Below, piece by piece: positions 36,772 to 46,026 of a DNA stretch of 64,000 nt. The stretch is from assembly GCA_943364975.1 (NCBI GenBank), contig CALRIY020000004.1, forward strand, positions 5,736-69,735, read 5' to 3'. The stretch's first letter is position 1, and each line of letters opens with the position of its first letter. This stretch comes from Synechococcus sp. UW140. GTDB lineage: Bacteria; Bacteroidota; Ignavibacteria; UBA10030; UBA8401. The notes beneath the pieces are model-generated. The model was not told the DNA's origin. It made no database searches and saw nothing but the letters and a program-made list of their open reading frames with translations. The translations under genes and the position numbers were made by a program.

Positions 36772-39700
36772 CTATTTCATTAAGGCCATTTTGATCGTCT
36801 TGGTGAAGTTCCCTGCCGTCATTCGCACAACATACAATCCGCTTGCAAAATGTGTGGCATTCCAGGCCACTGAATAACTTCCCGCGGACCGCTCTTCATT
36901 CACCAATGTTGTAATTTCCCTTCCCAGCATATCAAAAACCTTAATAGAAACAAACCCGTCCATAGGTAGATCGAATGCAACTGTGGTGGACGGGTTGAAT
37001 GGGTTGGGGTAATTCTGTGAAAGATAATATTTTACAGGCACTGAATTTATATCAACTTCAATGGTTTGAGAATATTTAAATATCCCATCATGATCAATTT
37101 GTTTTAATCGATAAAATAATTTTCCACGGAGTGAATTATTATCTAAAAAATCATAGTGTGTTGGTAAAAAAGTAGTTCCACTACCCTTGATAAATCCGAT
37201 ACTACTCCACTCAGAGTTGATTATACGTTTCTCAACTTCAAAACCATAGTTATTCGTTTCAGTTTCTGTTTTCCAAAATAACGAAACAGTATTATTCATT
37301 TTAATTGCTTTGAACGAAGTCAATTCTACAGGAAGAGGTGCGTCGGTCGTGTCTATTTCTATATCATCGATCCAGACTTCTGAATCAATAATACCATTTG
37401 GCATTATTTCATATTTTAAACGCCGGATTGAGTTTTGATATGGAGCAAGATTTATCGAGTCTTGAATATAGTCAGTAGTTGTATTGTTTAAGTAGTAACC
37501 ATATTTTACTTGAATGAAATTTCCAGCCACATCAGTTAGAAATATTCCGAGACTATCTGTATTTGGAGGCGCTCCTGATGAGGGGGTATTAATTTTATAT
37601 TTGAATTTTATTTTTTTTGCATTTTGAGGAATGTAAAATCGATTGTGCACTCGATATTTGTTTGACCAGTCTAATTCAAGCTTTCCATTTGAAACACTTC
37701 CATTTCCTTCACCCCCATGAAGTGACCATCCAGCTAATGAGCCATCCCCAGAACTTAGACCAATATCTTGTAGATTGAAATTGCCATTAAAAAACAGGGC
37801 ATCAGCAAGATTATCATCAATTGACCCATTATCGTTCTGCGGATTGTTTGTATTCTGTAAATCGTCTGTGGCATAATAAGAAAACAGATTTGAAAATGTG
37901 CGGACATTAGTTCTAATTATATCGGAAGAATATCCTTTTTCATAACCACCATCTAAAATCCATTTAAAGAATCCAAGGGAGGTTCGACCATTTGAGTACC
38001 ACTCGTTATGTTGTTGTAAAGTGTCAATCGTGCCAAAATAGAAGTTGATTATCCTGCTATGTGGTGATGGATTACATAAATTAAAATCCATGAATTCATT
38101 AAGATTTAAATCTAACCCATAAGGATAATCTAATAGATGCTCCAATTGTCTCCCTCTAGGATTCGCATTAATCAAGAATTCTTCACATTGATCAGCCGCC
38201 CTCTGTTGATAATAATTATCAGCATAAAGCACATTACTCCAAATTTGAACTGCAGGGTCATGAAAGTATTCATCAAGTTGAATGCCAGGGTCACCAAAAT
38301 CATGATTGTCCAAAAAAGTTGAATAATTTACAGTAACATTATATATACCAAGTCTCTGAGCTAGTTCACTTCCAACGGATGCACCACGACTGTGGCCAAT
38401 AATGTGGATAGGTAAACTAAAAGAAGGCTCAATCAAATTTATAAAAATGGGATCAATAACATTGTCACCCATAGGTGCAATAATGGCACAGAACAAAGCT
38501 TCTGCAGCGGCCTCTGCTTGTCCTGCTTGTCCATCATTCGATGCCTTTGCCCAATTGTGAACAATTACCTTTTCACCATACGTGTTATTTGAAATGGCAC
38601 TTTGATATTCAAGAGCGCCTGATGCTGGATTGTATAACCAAACCGAACCGCCACCGTAAACATTTAGTATCGAACCGATAAAATTGAAACCTGAATTCCA
38701 ATAATCAGTTACTGGATTATAAGTATCACTATTTCCTTCAACAACAAAGCCGTGAATGAGAATTGTGACCCCTGTTTTAACAGTACTAAAACTTTTTACG
38801 TAAGTGTCTCCCTCAATACCATCCAAATTACCGTCTAATTTGTTTCCTGCCAAATCTTTTACGTTTCCAAGAACTTTGAAGGTATATGTTTTGAAGTTTC
38901 GTAAACCTTCCGATGGTGTAAAAACATATGTGTTTTGTCCTAAATCAGTAAATGATGAAAAAGCCAACTCAATGCCATCGTAATTAATACTTACATTATC
39001 AGCCAGTGTTGACGAATTGATTGGCTCGTTAAAGGTGACAATAAATTGAGTGTTTAATTTCAATTTCAAATTACCATTCATTTGAAGTGTATCAGTTGGT
39101 TTGACGCTGACTACGTATGGAGGAGTACCATCCAAAGTTGTAACGGACATTGTGTTTGAATAATTGCTGAACGCGCTGGTTTTATATGCCATTACACGAT
39201 AATAGTATGTAGTGTTTTGGGAAAGTCCCGATACATCATCGTATGAAATATTTTCTACATCTTTGTAATTATACGAAGAAAGAATATTTTCAAAACTTTC
39301 ATCTGTGGCGACATCTAATCGGTAACCCGTTGCTCCATTAACAGTATTCCAATGAGCACGAAAACCGGTTGACGAAATATTGGATGCTGAAGTCGCCACA
39401 GGTGTTAACGGACCCATTCTTAATGAAAACTTATAATATCGATCCCCCGTTTCATTTCCGGCAATCGAGTAAACAATGATATATGTTCCGTTCGTTACCG
39501 TAATCTTTTCCAGTTCATTTTGCCCCGGGGAAATGTTCGTATGCTGATGTATCAATTCTAATGAACCACACTGTCCTGATAAAACGGACAGATTTATCGT
39601 GGTATTCGGCTGAAATGCATTATCTGTATTAATATTCAATGTCCCATTTTCTAACACAGTTAATGAATTGTAATCATCAAGATCGATAAGCTTTCTTAAG

Positions 39701-40902
39701 TAGGTTGTATATACAATTCCAACATCAACTGGTGTTGCACTGGCACACGAGTTATTATCATCGAAGGATGTCTCTGTTGTTATCGTGTTTGAATTACTAC
39801 TGGTTCCCCCACTATTGCTAGCTCTGATTCGGTAATAATATAATGTCATGGGAGCTAAACCCGTGATATCCTCGCTCAAAGTATTGCCTACGTCCTTATT
39901 GGAATACCCCGAAACGAATGATGAAAAATTGTCTTCAGTTGAAACATCAATAAAATATTTAAATGCACCAGTCGAAGAGTTCCAATTGGCGGTAATAGAT
40001 GTAGAAAGAATATTGGTTGCACTTATTGCCGCTGGATTTGATGGAATCGTATAAACATTCATCGTATTTGAATTACTGCTTTCTCCTGCATCATTGTAAG
40101 AACGAACCCGATAAAAATATTCAATACCAGCATTAAGACCGGGAACAGGGTATGAAGTGACATTACCAACATTAAGTCCATTGAATCCTGAAAGAAACGT
40201 TGAAAAATCAGATGCAGATGAAACGTCCAGTTTATAACCTGATGCGTTTGTTGCAGTATTCCAATTAGCGACAAAAGAGGATTGAGTTATACTGCTTGCG
40301 GAAGTTGTCACTGGAATACCCGGGGGACCTTGATTAACTCTGACTAAATAACGATAGGCATACTTACCGGTGCAATCGGTATAAGCATCAGAAGCAGGAT
40401 TATAGACCCATCCTTGAGTCCAACTCTGCTGATTGGAGGCTGCTGTTCGAACAAATATTTCATAGGTGGTGTATGCCTTTGGCTTAATGTTCAATTGGAT
40501 CAAAATATTTTCGCCATTTAACCAATTATTATTGTCCTGAAATTCAGCCATAACATAATCATAGTAACCATCCGGACCACCGCCAGATTGTGATCCAAAG
40601 TATTCGGTGTAACTATGATCTGAATCCATGCTATTTACAGATATATAATCTTTGTCACTTTCCGAAGTAAACTGCTTAATGCTAATTGACAAATTGTTGT
40701 ATAATGCAGGAGACATATTCCCATCATTTCGAACCGCAACCCTAAAAACAAAAACTTCCCCAGCACCAACATTTAACGTCACATCTTTAATGGTCCCCGG
40801 GGTTACATTGTTTCCGTCAACTCGGACATGTACAAATTGAGGGTTTGGTTGACCATTTAATATTCCAAGAAAAAAGAGGACCGGAATGAATACTTTTTGC
40901 AT
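36772..40902 (-). CDS. 1376-aa secreted multidomain protein: 3 FN3-like repeats, Ig-like domain, alpha/beta-hydrolase (lipase-like) domain, T9SS C-terminal sorting domain
   Basis: Signal peptide. Three repeats of the pattern SASxIxxxxFxAxWNxxxxAxGYxLDV...YYYRV. SbsA-Ig-like VVSVKPTD...FIVTFNEPI. Hydrolase motifs ILIHGF and nucleophile elbow IIGHSRGAS. C-terminal LSQNYPNPFNPSTTVAF...GLYVVRM. Confidence 0.8.
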   Translation of the reverse strand: MQKVFIPVLFFLGILNGQPNPQFVHVRVDGNNVTPGTIKDVTLNVGAGEVFVFRVAVRNDGNMSPALYNNLSISIKQFTSESDKDYISVNSMDSDHSYTEYFGSQSGGGPDGYYDYVMAEFQDNNNWLNGENILIQLNIKPKAYTTYEIFVRTAASNQQSWTQGWVYNPASDAYTDCTGKYAYRYLVRVNQGPPGIPVTTSASSITQSSFVANWNTATNASGYKLDVSSASDFSTFLSGFNGLNVGNVTSYPVPGLNAGIEYFYRVRSYNDAGESSNSNTMNVYTIPSNPAAISATNILSTSITANWNSSTGAFKYFIDVSTEDNFSSFVSGYSNKDVGNTLSEDITGLAPMTLYYYRIRASNSGGTSSNSNTITTETSFDDNNSCASATPVDVGIVYTTYLRKLIDLDDYNSLTVLENGTLNINTDNAFQPNTTINLSVLSGQCGSLELIHQHTNISPGQNELEKITVTNGTYIIVYSIAGNETGDRYYKFSLRMGPLTPVATSASNISSTGFRAHWNTVNGATGYRLDVATDESFENILSSYNYKDVENISYDDVSGLSQNTTYYYRVMAYKTSAFSNYSNTMSVTTLDGTPPYVVSVKPTDTLQMNGNLKLKLNTQFIVTFNEPINSSTLADNVSINYDGIELAFSSFTDLGQNTYVFTPSEGLRNFKTYTFKVLGNVKDLAGNKLDGNLDGIEGDTYVKSFSTVKTGVTILIHGFVVEGNSDTYNPVTDYWNSGFNFIGSILNVYGGGSVWLYNPASGALEYQSAISNNTYGEKVIVHNWAKASNDGQAGQAEAAAEALFCAIIAPMGDNVIDPIFINLIEPSFSLPIHIIGHSRGASVGSELAQRLGIYNVTVNYSTFLDNHDFGDPGIQLDEYFHDPAVQIWSNVLYADNYYQQRAADQCEEFLINANPRGRQLEHLLDYPYGLDLNLNEFMDFNLCNPSPHSRIINFYFGTIDTLQQHNEWYSNGRTSLGFFKWILDGGYEKGYSSDIIRTNVRTFSNLFSYYATDDLQNTNNPQNDNGSIDDNLADALFFNGNFNLQDIGLSSGDGSLAGWSLHGGEGNGSVSNGKLELDWSNKYRVHNRFYIPQNAKKIKFKYKINTPSSGAPPNTDSLGIFLTDVAGNFIQVKYGYYLNNTTTDYIQDSINLAPYQNSIRRLKYEIMPNGIIDSEVWIDDIEIDTTDAPLPVELTSFKAIKMNNTVSLFWKTETETNNYGFEVEKRIINSEWSSIGFIKGSGTTFLPTHYDFLDNNSLRGKLFYRLKQIDHDGIFKYSQTIEVDINSVPVKYYLSQNYPNPFNPSTTVAFDLPMDGFVSIKVFDMLGREITTLVNEERSAGSYSVAWNATHFASGLYVVRMTAGNFTKTIKMALMK

Positions 40903-41006
40903 AATTATCCCACCATTGAGTAATGAGTGTTCCCGTAAATAATTTTTACGTCACACTGGGATATCAACGCAATCAGTAGTTCTTGCCGAAAACAGGAGAG
41001 GAAATT

Positions 41007-42407
41007 TCAGGGAAGTACTATCGAGACAGGAGTGCGATGCCACCGTTTCCCATCCCAATATTCAACGTGATTTTTAAGGTTTGCAAGGTATGCTGAATCG
41101 ATTGTGCTGTTAAGGTAACCCATTTTCTTTAGCGAATCATGAATTTGGTAGGTTCCATCCGAAGATTTCACCGTAGTGACTTCCATTGACCGGTTAAATG
41201 TAAAGTCAAAGTCCCAACTAAGTGTGTCGCTACCGCTCTTGGACGTGATGATGAATCCCTTGTTGGAATCATTACCACGGTGGGCACCCGTCCTAACATT
41301 GTTGAAACATTTGTCGATATCGGACAACGGATACCGTATATAATACAGTTCTGCAGTTGAAACGGTTTTTCCACTGCCACGTGTATTTGAAGATTCCGAT
41401 TTTTCTTTAATTCTAAGAGGATCTAGGACGATCGTCACTGAATAATTCTTCGAACTGTTTTCGTCGAACTCCAGAATGTCGCACGTCCCATTAAGAATCA
41501 ATACCTGCTTTCCGCTTTCAAGGGTATCGATGAAGAGTGAACTGATATTTCCAAAATGTGAATACTCTCCTACAACATTACCCAGATTGTCTAAAAATGA
41601 AATGATAGAAGGTGAACGCCCATTTGAGGCGGATAAAGCGATGATATTTTCTTTATGATTTATGGAAAATAATTCGAGGGATCGGGGGACAAAATTCTCA
41701 TTATAGGTTCTGCCGCGGAAAATAAAATGGTTTTCAGGAATAAAACTAAATCTCTCCGTGCCATCAGAATTATATGCATACATTTTTTTTTGACTGGGAA
41801 GTCTTTTATCAGCTAAAGTGGCAGTAATAAGCAGTTCTTTTTCCCCATCCAGATCCACATCATTCAGTATGACCTTCTTTTCGTATCCCTGTTCCGGTCC
41901 AAATACTGAATTTATATTTTCAACAGCTAAGGCCCAGAGCTTTTCATTCTTTTTGTTCCGCACCTCTATCAGACTATTCTTTGTATCTATTCTTAGATAA
42001 TCAGGTGAGGCATCTATCCTTGAGGGCATCAGAGTGAATATAAACAACGTGAATAACCCCAGAACGGTGAGCGTTGATCCTCCAGCTGCAATCGGATGTT
42101 TCTTTACAGTGTAAGCAAGTTTCCCCCAAAAACTCAGCGGCAACTCTTCAAACACCTGAAGATCGTTTACAGGTAGAGAGGAGATGCGTTGTTCAACGGA
42201 GATTACCGAGTTCAGTCCTATCGAAGAATCTGACCGGACATTTTCCAATCGTCGATACAGCGCCGCGTAAAATATTCGAATTCGTTGTTCCGTTTCTCGG
42301 CATCCGTGGCACTCGGCAAGGTGTTTCTCAATCGATTTGGCAGATGCGCCGATGCTTTGTGGATCGTTGACGAATCTTTCCAAGATATGTTCTTCAATGT
42401 GTTTCAT
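41007..42407 (-). CDS. zinc-finger (HxxxCxxC) anti-sigma-factor-like membrane protein with large extracytoplasmic domain
   Basis: N-terminal HLAECHGC ZAS motif at residues ~30-37; one TM helix AAGGSTLTVLGLFTLFIFTLM; ~330-aa C-terminal domain with a DVDLDGEKELLI FG-GAP-like segment. Confidence 0.65.
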   Translation of the reverse strand: MKHIEEHILERFVNDPQSIGASAKSIEKHLAECHGCRETEQRIRIFYAALYRRLENVRSDSSIGLNSVISVEQRISSLPVNDLQVFEELPLSFWGKLAYTVKKHPIAAGGSTLTVLGLFTLFIFTLMPSRIDASPDYLRIDTKNSLIEVRNKKNEKLWALAVENINSVFGPEQGYEKKVILNDVDLDGEKELLITATLADKRLPSQKKMYAYNSDGTERFSFIPENHFIFRGRTYNENFVPRSLELFSINHKENIIALSASNGRSPSIISFLDNLGNVVGEYSHFGNISSLFIDTLESGKQVLILNGTCDILEFDENSSKNYSVTIVLDPLRIKEKSESSNTRGSGKTVSTAELYYIRYPLSDIDKCFNNVRTGAHRGNDSNKGFIITSKSGSDTLSWDFDFTFNRSMEVTTVKSSDGTYQIHDSLKKMGYLNSTIDSAYLANLKNHVEYWDGKRWHRTPVSIVLP

Positions 42408-42448
42408 TACTCAATAAATACTCTATTCAATTTTCTCAGACTGCCGAA

Positions 42449-43471
42449 TTAACTTCGGACCTTTTTTATTACTTCATCGCAGGAAAGTTTAAACAAATAC
42501 TCAAGTCGTGATTTATGTCCACTGCGATACGCTTCTTCCGTCAATTCAGGCTCCATATGTTTCATCAAATGAAATAGTGACTGTCCGTTTGGAGAACCAT
42601 CAATCATCATTTGACAAATCTTTTGGTCGATAACTTCAAAATAGTGTTGATAGGTGTTCTCAAAGGTCTTTCCCTTTTTGACATACTTTGTATGGAATTG
42701 GTGCTTCACTCCGACAACAGTATTGTGAATCAATTCAATGAGTTCAGTGCTGTTTTGGGTTGATTCTTCAACAGAAGATAGCTTGACGATCGATTTTCTC
42801 GAATAAATCGATCGAATCACTAGCGCAACCTGCATAATGTTAACGGATCTATTGTGTTCGTTTTGATTTCGGAGTTCGAGTGCCAAAGATCCGATGATCT
42901 CCATAATATTCTCATTGCCACTCATTATCGTGATGAGAAGCGACTCCAACGATTGTTCGTCAAATGGTGGCAGGTTTTCTTTCAGATCACATTGTGTGGG
43001 CGCGAGATATTGTTCGCCGAATCGCTCCAGATAGATGAAATTACCGAGAGAGTGGACCGCCAATTTGATATTTCGCAATATGCGAGAAAGCATTGGATCG
43101 CTTTCACGATATAGTCGAGCAATGCCGTCATTTACTTTGGTGAAGACCAATCGTCGAAAATGCGAAAGGATATCTGCATCCGAAAGATCACTAAGCCGAT
43201 ATGCAGAAAAATAGGCGGTCAATGCAATCAATTTTTTCTCGTCATCCCTCCTAAAGAGATCGGCAATACAGTCATATGCCGCATCATTACTTGAAAGATA
43301 AAAATAATCGCGATTGATAGAGCCAGTTGCAGCTTTGATGTCAAATATGGTTGCGGCAATTGAGTGAGCGAGCAACACAACGTCGTTCAATTGTTGCGGT
43401 GAATAATCCTGACGCAATAATGCTTCAAGATTTTCCCGTAATCGTTCGATGAGGTAATGATGGTCTCGCAT
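42449..43471 (-). CDS. hypothetical 340-aa helical protein occupying the sigma-factor position of the island operon
   Basis: Clean 340-aa ORF, 41 nt upstream of the anti-sigma-like gene. Only a weak resemblance to sigma-70 region 2 (DAAYDCIADLFRR ... HFRRLVFTKVNDGIARLYRE). No family recognised. Confidence 0.6.
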   Translation of the reverse strand: MRDHHYLIERLRENLEALLRQDYSPQQLNDVVLLAHSIAATIFDIKAATGSINRDYFYLSSNDAAYDCIADLFRRDDEKKLIALTAYFSAYRLSDLSDADILSHFRRLVFTKVNDGIARLYRESDPMLSRILRNIKLAVHSLGNFIYLERFGEQYLAPTQCDLKENLPPFDEQSLESLLITIMSGNENIMEIIGSLALELRNQNEHNRSVNIMQVALVIRSIYSRKSIVKLSSVEESTQNSTELIELIHNTVVGVKHQFHTKYVKKGKTFENTYQHYFEVIDQKICQMMIDGSPNGQSLFHLMKHMEPELTEEAYRSGHKSRLEYLFKLSCDEVIKKVRS

Positions 43472-43602
43472 AGATTTCGACTAAAAATCTTTAGAAATCA
43501 GCAAAATATCAATACGGTAGTTCTACAAAGACCGAAAAATATATTCTTTGACTTCCTTTTGCAACAATTACTATCTTTGATTATTAAAAAACAAGGACTA
43601 TC

Positions 43603-45717
43603 ATGAAAAATATTTATCTCATATTATTGTTCGTAATCTCTCTCCGTGCCGACGAAGGAATGTATCCTCTCTCCGAGATCCACAAACTGAATCTGAAAGC
43701 AAAAGGATTCAAGGTCACCGCAAAGGAGATCTATAATCCCAAAGGGATCAGTCTGGTGGATGCCAGCGTGAATGTGGGGGGATGCAGCGCTTCGTTCGTC
43801 TCCGCCGAAGGACTGATCATCACCAATCATCACTGCGTGTTCGGTGCGGTGCAGCAGGCAAGCACGGTGCAGAGCGATTATGTGACGAACGGATTCATTG
43901 CGCGGTCCCGCGAGCAGGAGATCCCGGCAAAAGGATTGACCGCGAGGATCATCGATTCGTACCGCGATGTCTCTGCGGACGTGCTGGCCGGCATTAGCGA
44001 CACGACCGATCCGGTGGAGAGGACCAGGATCATTGAACGGAATTCAAAAGCGCTCGTCGCGGCAGCAGAGAAACAACAAAGCGGCGTAACGGCGAACGTG
44101 GCGGAGATGTTCGCAGGAAAGACCTATGTCCTATTTATTAACAAGACGATCAAGGATATCCGTCTGGTCTACGTTCCGCCCCGTTCAGTGGGAGAATTCG
44201 GCGGCGAGAATGATAACTGGGTCTGGCCAAGGCACACGGGGGATTTCTCCTTCATCCGTGCGTATGTCGGACCGGACGGGAATCCGGCGGAGTATTCCGC
44301 TTCCAACAAACCGTTCACGCCGAAGAATCATTTCGTCGTCAATCCGAACGGGGTGGATGAGAATGATCTCGTCTTCATCCTCGGATATCCCGGCAGAACA
44401 TTCCGTCATCAGACCTCGTACTATCTCGAATATGAACGGGACGTGCGTCTGCCGTTCGTGCAGAAACGGAACGCCTGGATGATCGCTCAAATGGAAGCTG
44501 CGGGAAAGAACGATCCCGCAGTGGCGCTGGCGCTCACCGCACGGATCAAATCGCTGGCGAATGTGGAGAAGAACTTCCGCGGAAAACTGAAGGGCTTTGC
44601 CAATCTTCCCGTCATCAGCAACAAACAGAAAGAAGAGGAAGCATTGATGCAGTACATCAATGCCGATCCGGCGCGGGCGGCGAAGTACAGCGACGTCCTG
44701 CCCGGGATCAAAGCGGTCTATCAGGAACTGCGCAGCGACGCGCAGCGCGCGAATGTGCTCACCAATATCATCGGCAGCTCCACGCTTCTCTCCGCCGGCA
44801 ACACGCTGATGAAGCTTGCGGAAGAACGGAAGAAGCCGGATGCGGAACGTCAGTCCGCCTATATGGAGAAGAATCTCAGCGCGCTCAAGATCAATCTGCT
44901 CGCATCGCTCCGCAGTCTGAACGTCGGCATCGACAAACTGTTCCTCTCCGAGATCCTCAACGATGCGGCACAGCTTCCTGCAGAACAGAAGATCGTCTCG
45001 GCCTCTTTCCTCGGCGACACACGCCGGTTCGTCGACACACTGTTTGCCAAGAGCAGATTGGCCGATGCTGCGTTCATTGAACAGGCATTCACGATGACCC
45101 CGGAGGAGCTGCAACAAGCAAATGATCCGCTGATCGAATTTGCACGGGTGCTGACGCCGGAGATCGAAGCGCAGAATGTGCTCAACAGAAAACGGACCGG
45201 AGAACTGAACCGTCTTTCCGGAAAACTGGTGAATGTGAAACAGGAATGGAAGAAGACCGAGTTCATCCCCGATGCGAATTCCACGCTGCGGATGACCTTC
45301 GGACGGATCCGCGGATATCAGCCTGCCGATGCGACATATTATTCACCGATCACCACGCTGAGCGGAGTGATCCAGAAAACTTCGGACGATCCGGATTACA
45401 ACACGCCGCAAAGGATCCGCGAACTTGCTGCCAAGAAGGACCATGGACGGTACAAACATAAAAAGCTGAACGATGTACCGGTGGCCATTCTCTATGATAT
45501 GGATACGACCGGCGGGAACAGCGGAAGTCCTGTATTGAACGCCAAAGGTGAACTGATCGGCGTCAATTTCGACCGAACGTTCGAAGCGACCATCAACGAT
45601 TATGCGTGGGATGAGAGCTACAGCCGATCCATTGCGGTGGATATCCGTTACGTGTTATGGAATGTTGAAAAGGTTGGAGAGGCGGGATTTTTGTTGAAGG
45701 AGATGGGGGTTAAATAA
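43603..45717 (+). CDS. S46-family dipeptidyl-peptidase (DPP7/DPP11-like)
   Basis: EGMYPLSEI after the signal peptide, catalytic His context GGCSASFVSAEGLIITNHHC, and catalytic Ser context TTGGNSGSPVLN; 704 aa. Confidence 0.85.
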   Translation: MKNIYLILLFVISLRADEGMYPLSEIHKLNLKAKGFKVTAKEIYNPKGISLVDASVNVGGCSASFVSAEGLIITNHHCVFGAVQQASTVQSDYVTNGFIARSREQEIPAKGLTARIIDSYRDVSADVLAGISDTTDPVERTRIIERNSKALVAAAEKQQSGVTANVAEMFAGKTYVLFINKTIKDIRLVYVPPRSVGEFGGENDNWVWPRHTGDFSFIRAYVGPDGNPAEYSASNKPFTPKNHFVVNPNGVDENDLVFILGYPGRTFRHQTSYYLEYERDVRLPFVQKRNAWMIAQMEAAGKNDPAVALALTARIKSLANVEKNFRGKLKGFANLPVISNKQKEEEALMQYINADPARAAKYSDVLPGIKAVYQELRSDAQRANVLTNIIGSSTLLSAGNTLMKLAEERKKPDAERQSAYMEKNLSALKINLLASLRSLNVGIDKLFLSEILNDAAQLPAEQKIVSASFLGDTRRFVDTLFAKSRLADAAFIEQAFTMTPEELQQANDPLIEFARVLTPEIEAQNVLNRKRTGELNRLSGKLVNVKQEWKKTEFIPDANSTLRMTFGRIRGYQPADATYYSPITTLSGVIQKTSDDPDYNTPQRIRELAAKKDHGRYKHKKLNDVPVAILYDMDTTGGNSGSPVLNAKGELIGVNFDRTFEATINDYAWDESYSRSIAVDIRYVLWNVEKVGEAGFLLKEMGVK

Positions 45718-45732
45718 AAGATTAAGGCAATT

Positions 45733-45812
45733 GAAAGATTGAAAGAATGAAAGATTACAAGATTACAAGATTACAAGATTACATGATTGCAAGATTACAT
45801 GATTGCATGAAT
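45733..45812. repeat. phased octamer repeat (NNNNGATT)x10
   Basis: gaaagatt gaaagaat gaaagatt acaagatt acaagatt acaagatt acatgatt gcaagatt acatgatt gcatgaat. Confidence 0.85.
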
Positions 45813-45848
45813 TTTTGGATCGGATAACAACTTATGATTCAAAGGAAT

Positions 45849-45878
45849 GGCCGAATGAAATTTCGGCCTTCTCTTTTT
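45849..45878 (+). terminator. intrinsic terminator of the S46 peptidase gene
   Basis: GGCCGAAAT-gaa-ATTTCGGCC followed by TTCTCTTTTT. Confidence 0.7.
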
Positions 45879-46026
45879 AAATACTCTTTAATATTCTCTA
45901 ACGTAAAAAAGCTCTTCTTTTCGTGAAATTCTCCTCTCCCGGCGGGTAATAATAGGGGTAAAACATTGATATTCAAGCACTTGTTGGGTATATTCCTACA
46001 CTGAATAGGAAAATTGAACCATCAAC

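Noticed and set aside
36757-43602. Calling the low-GC island a mobile element, prophage or integrative element.
   Set aside because: No integrase, transposase, tRNA target, phage genes or flanking direct repeats are visible. Only the compositional shift supports foreign origin, so it is reported as a finding and not as a mobile_element feature.
45751-45790. The literal GATTACA repeats (gattacaagattacaagattaca) as something artificial.
   Set aside because: They are simply one phase of the (NNNNGATT)n octamer tract, and related tracts with other words occur elsewhere in the window. There is no evidence of synthetic origin.
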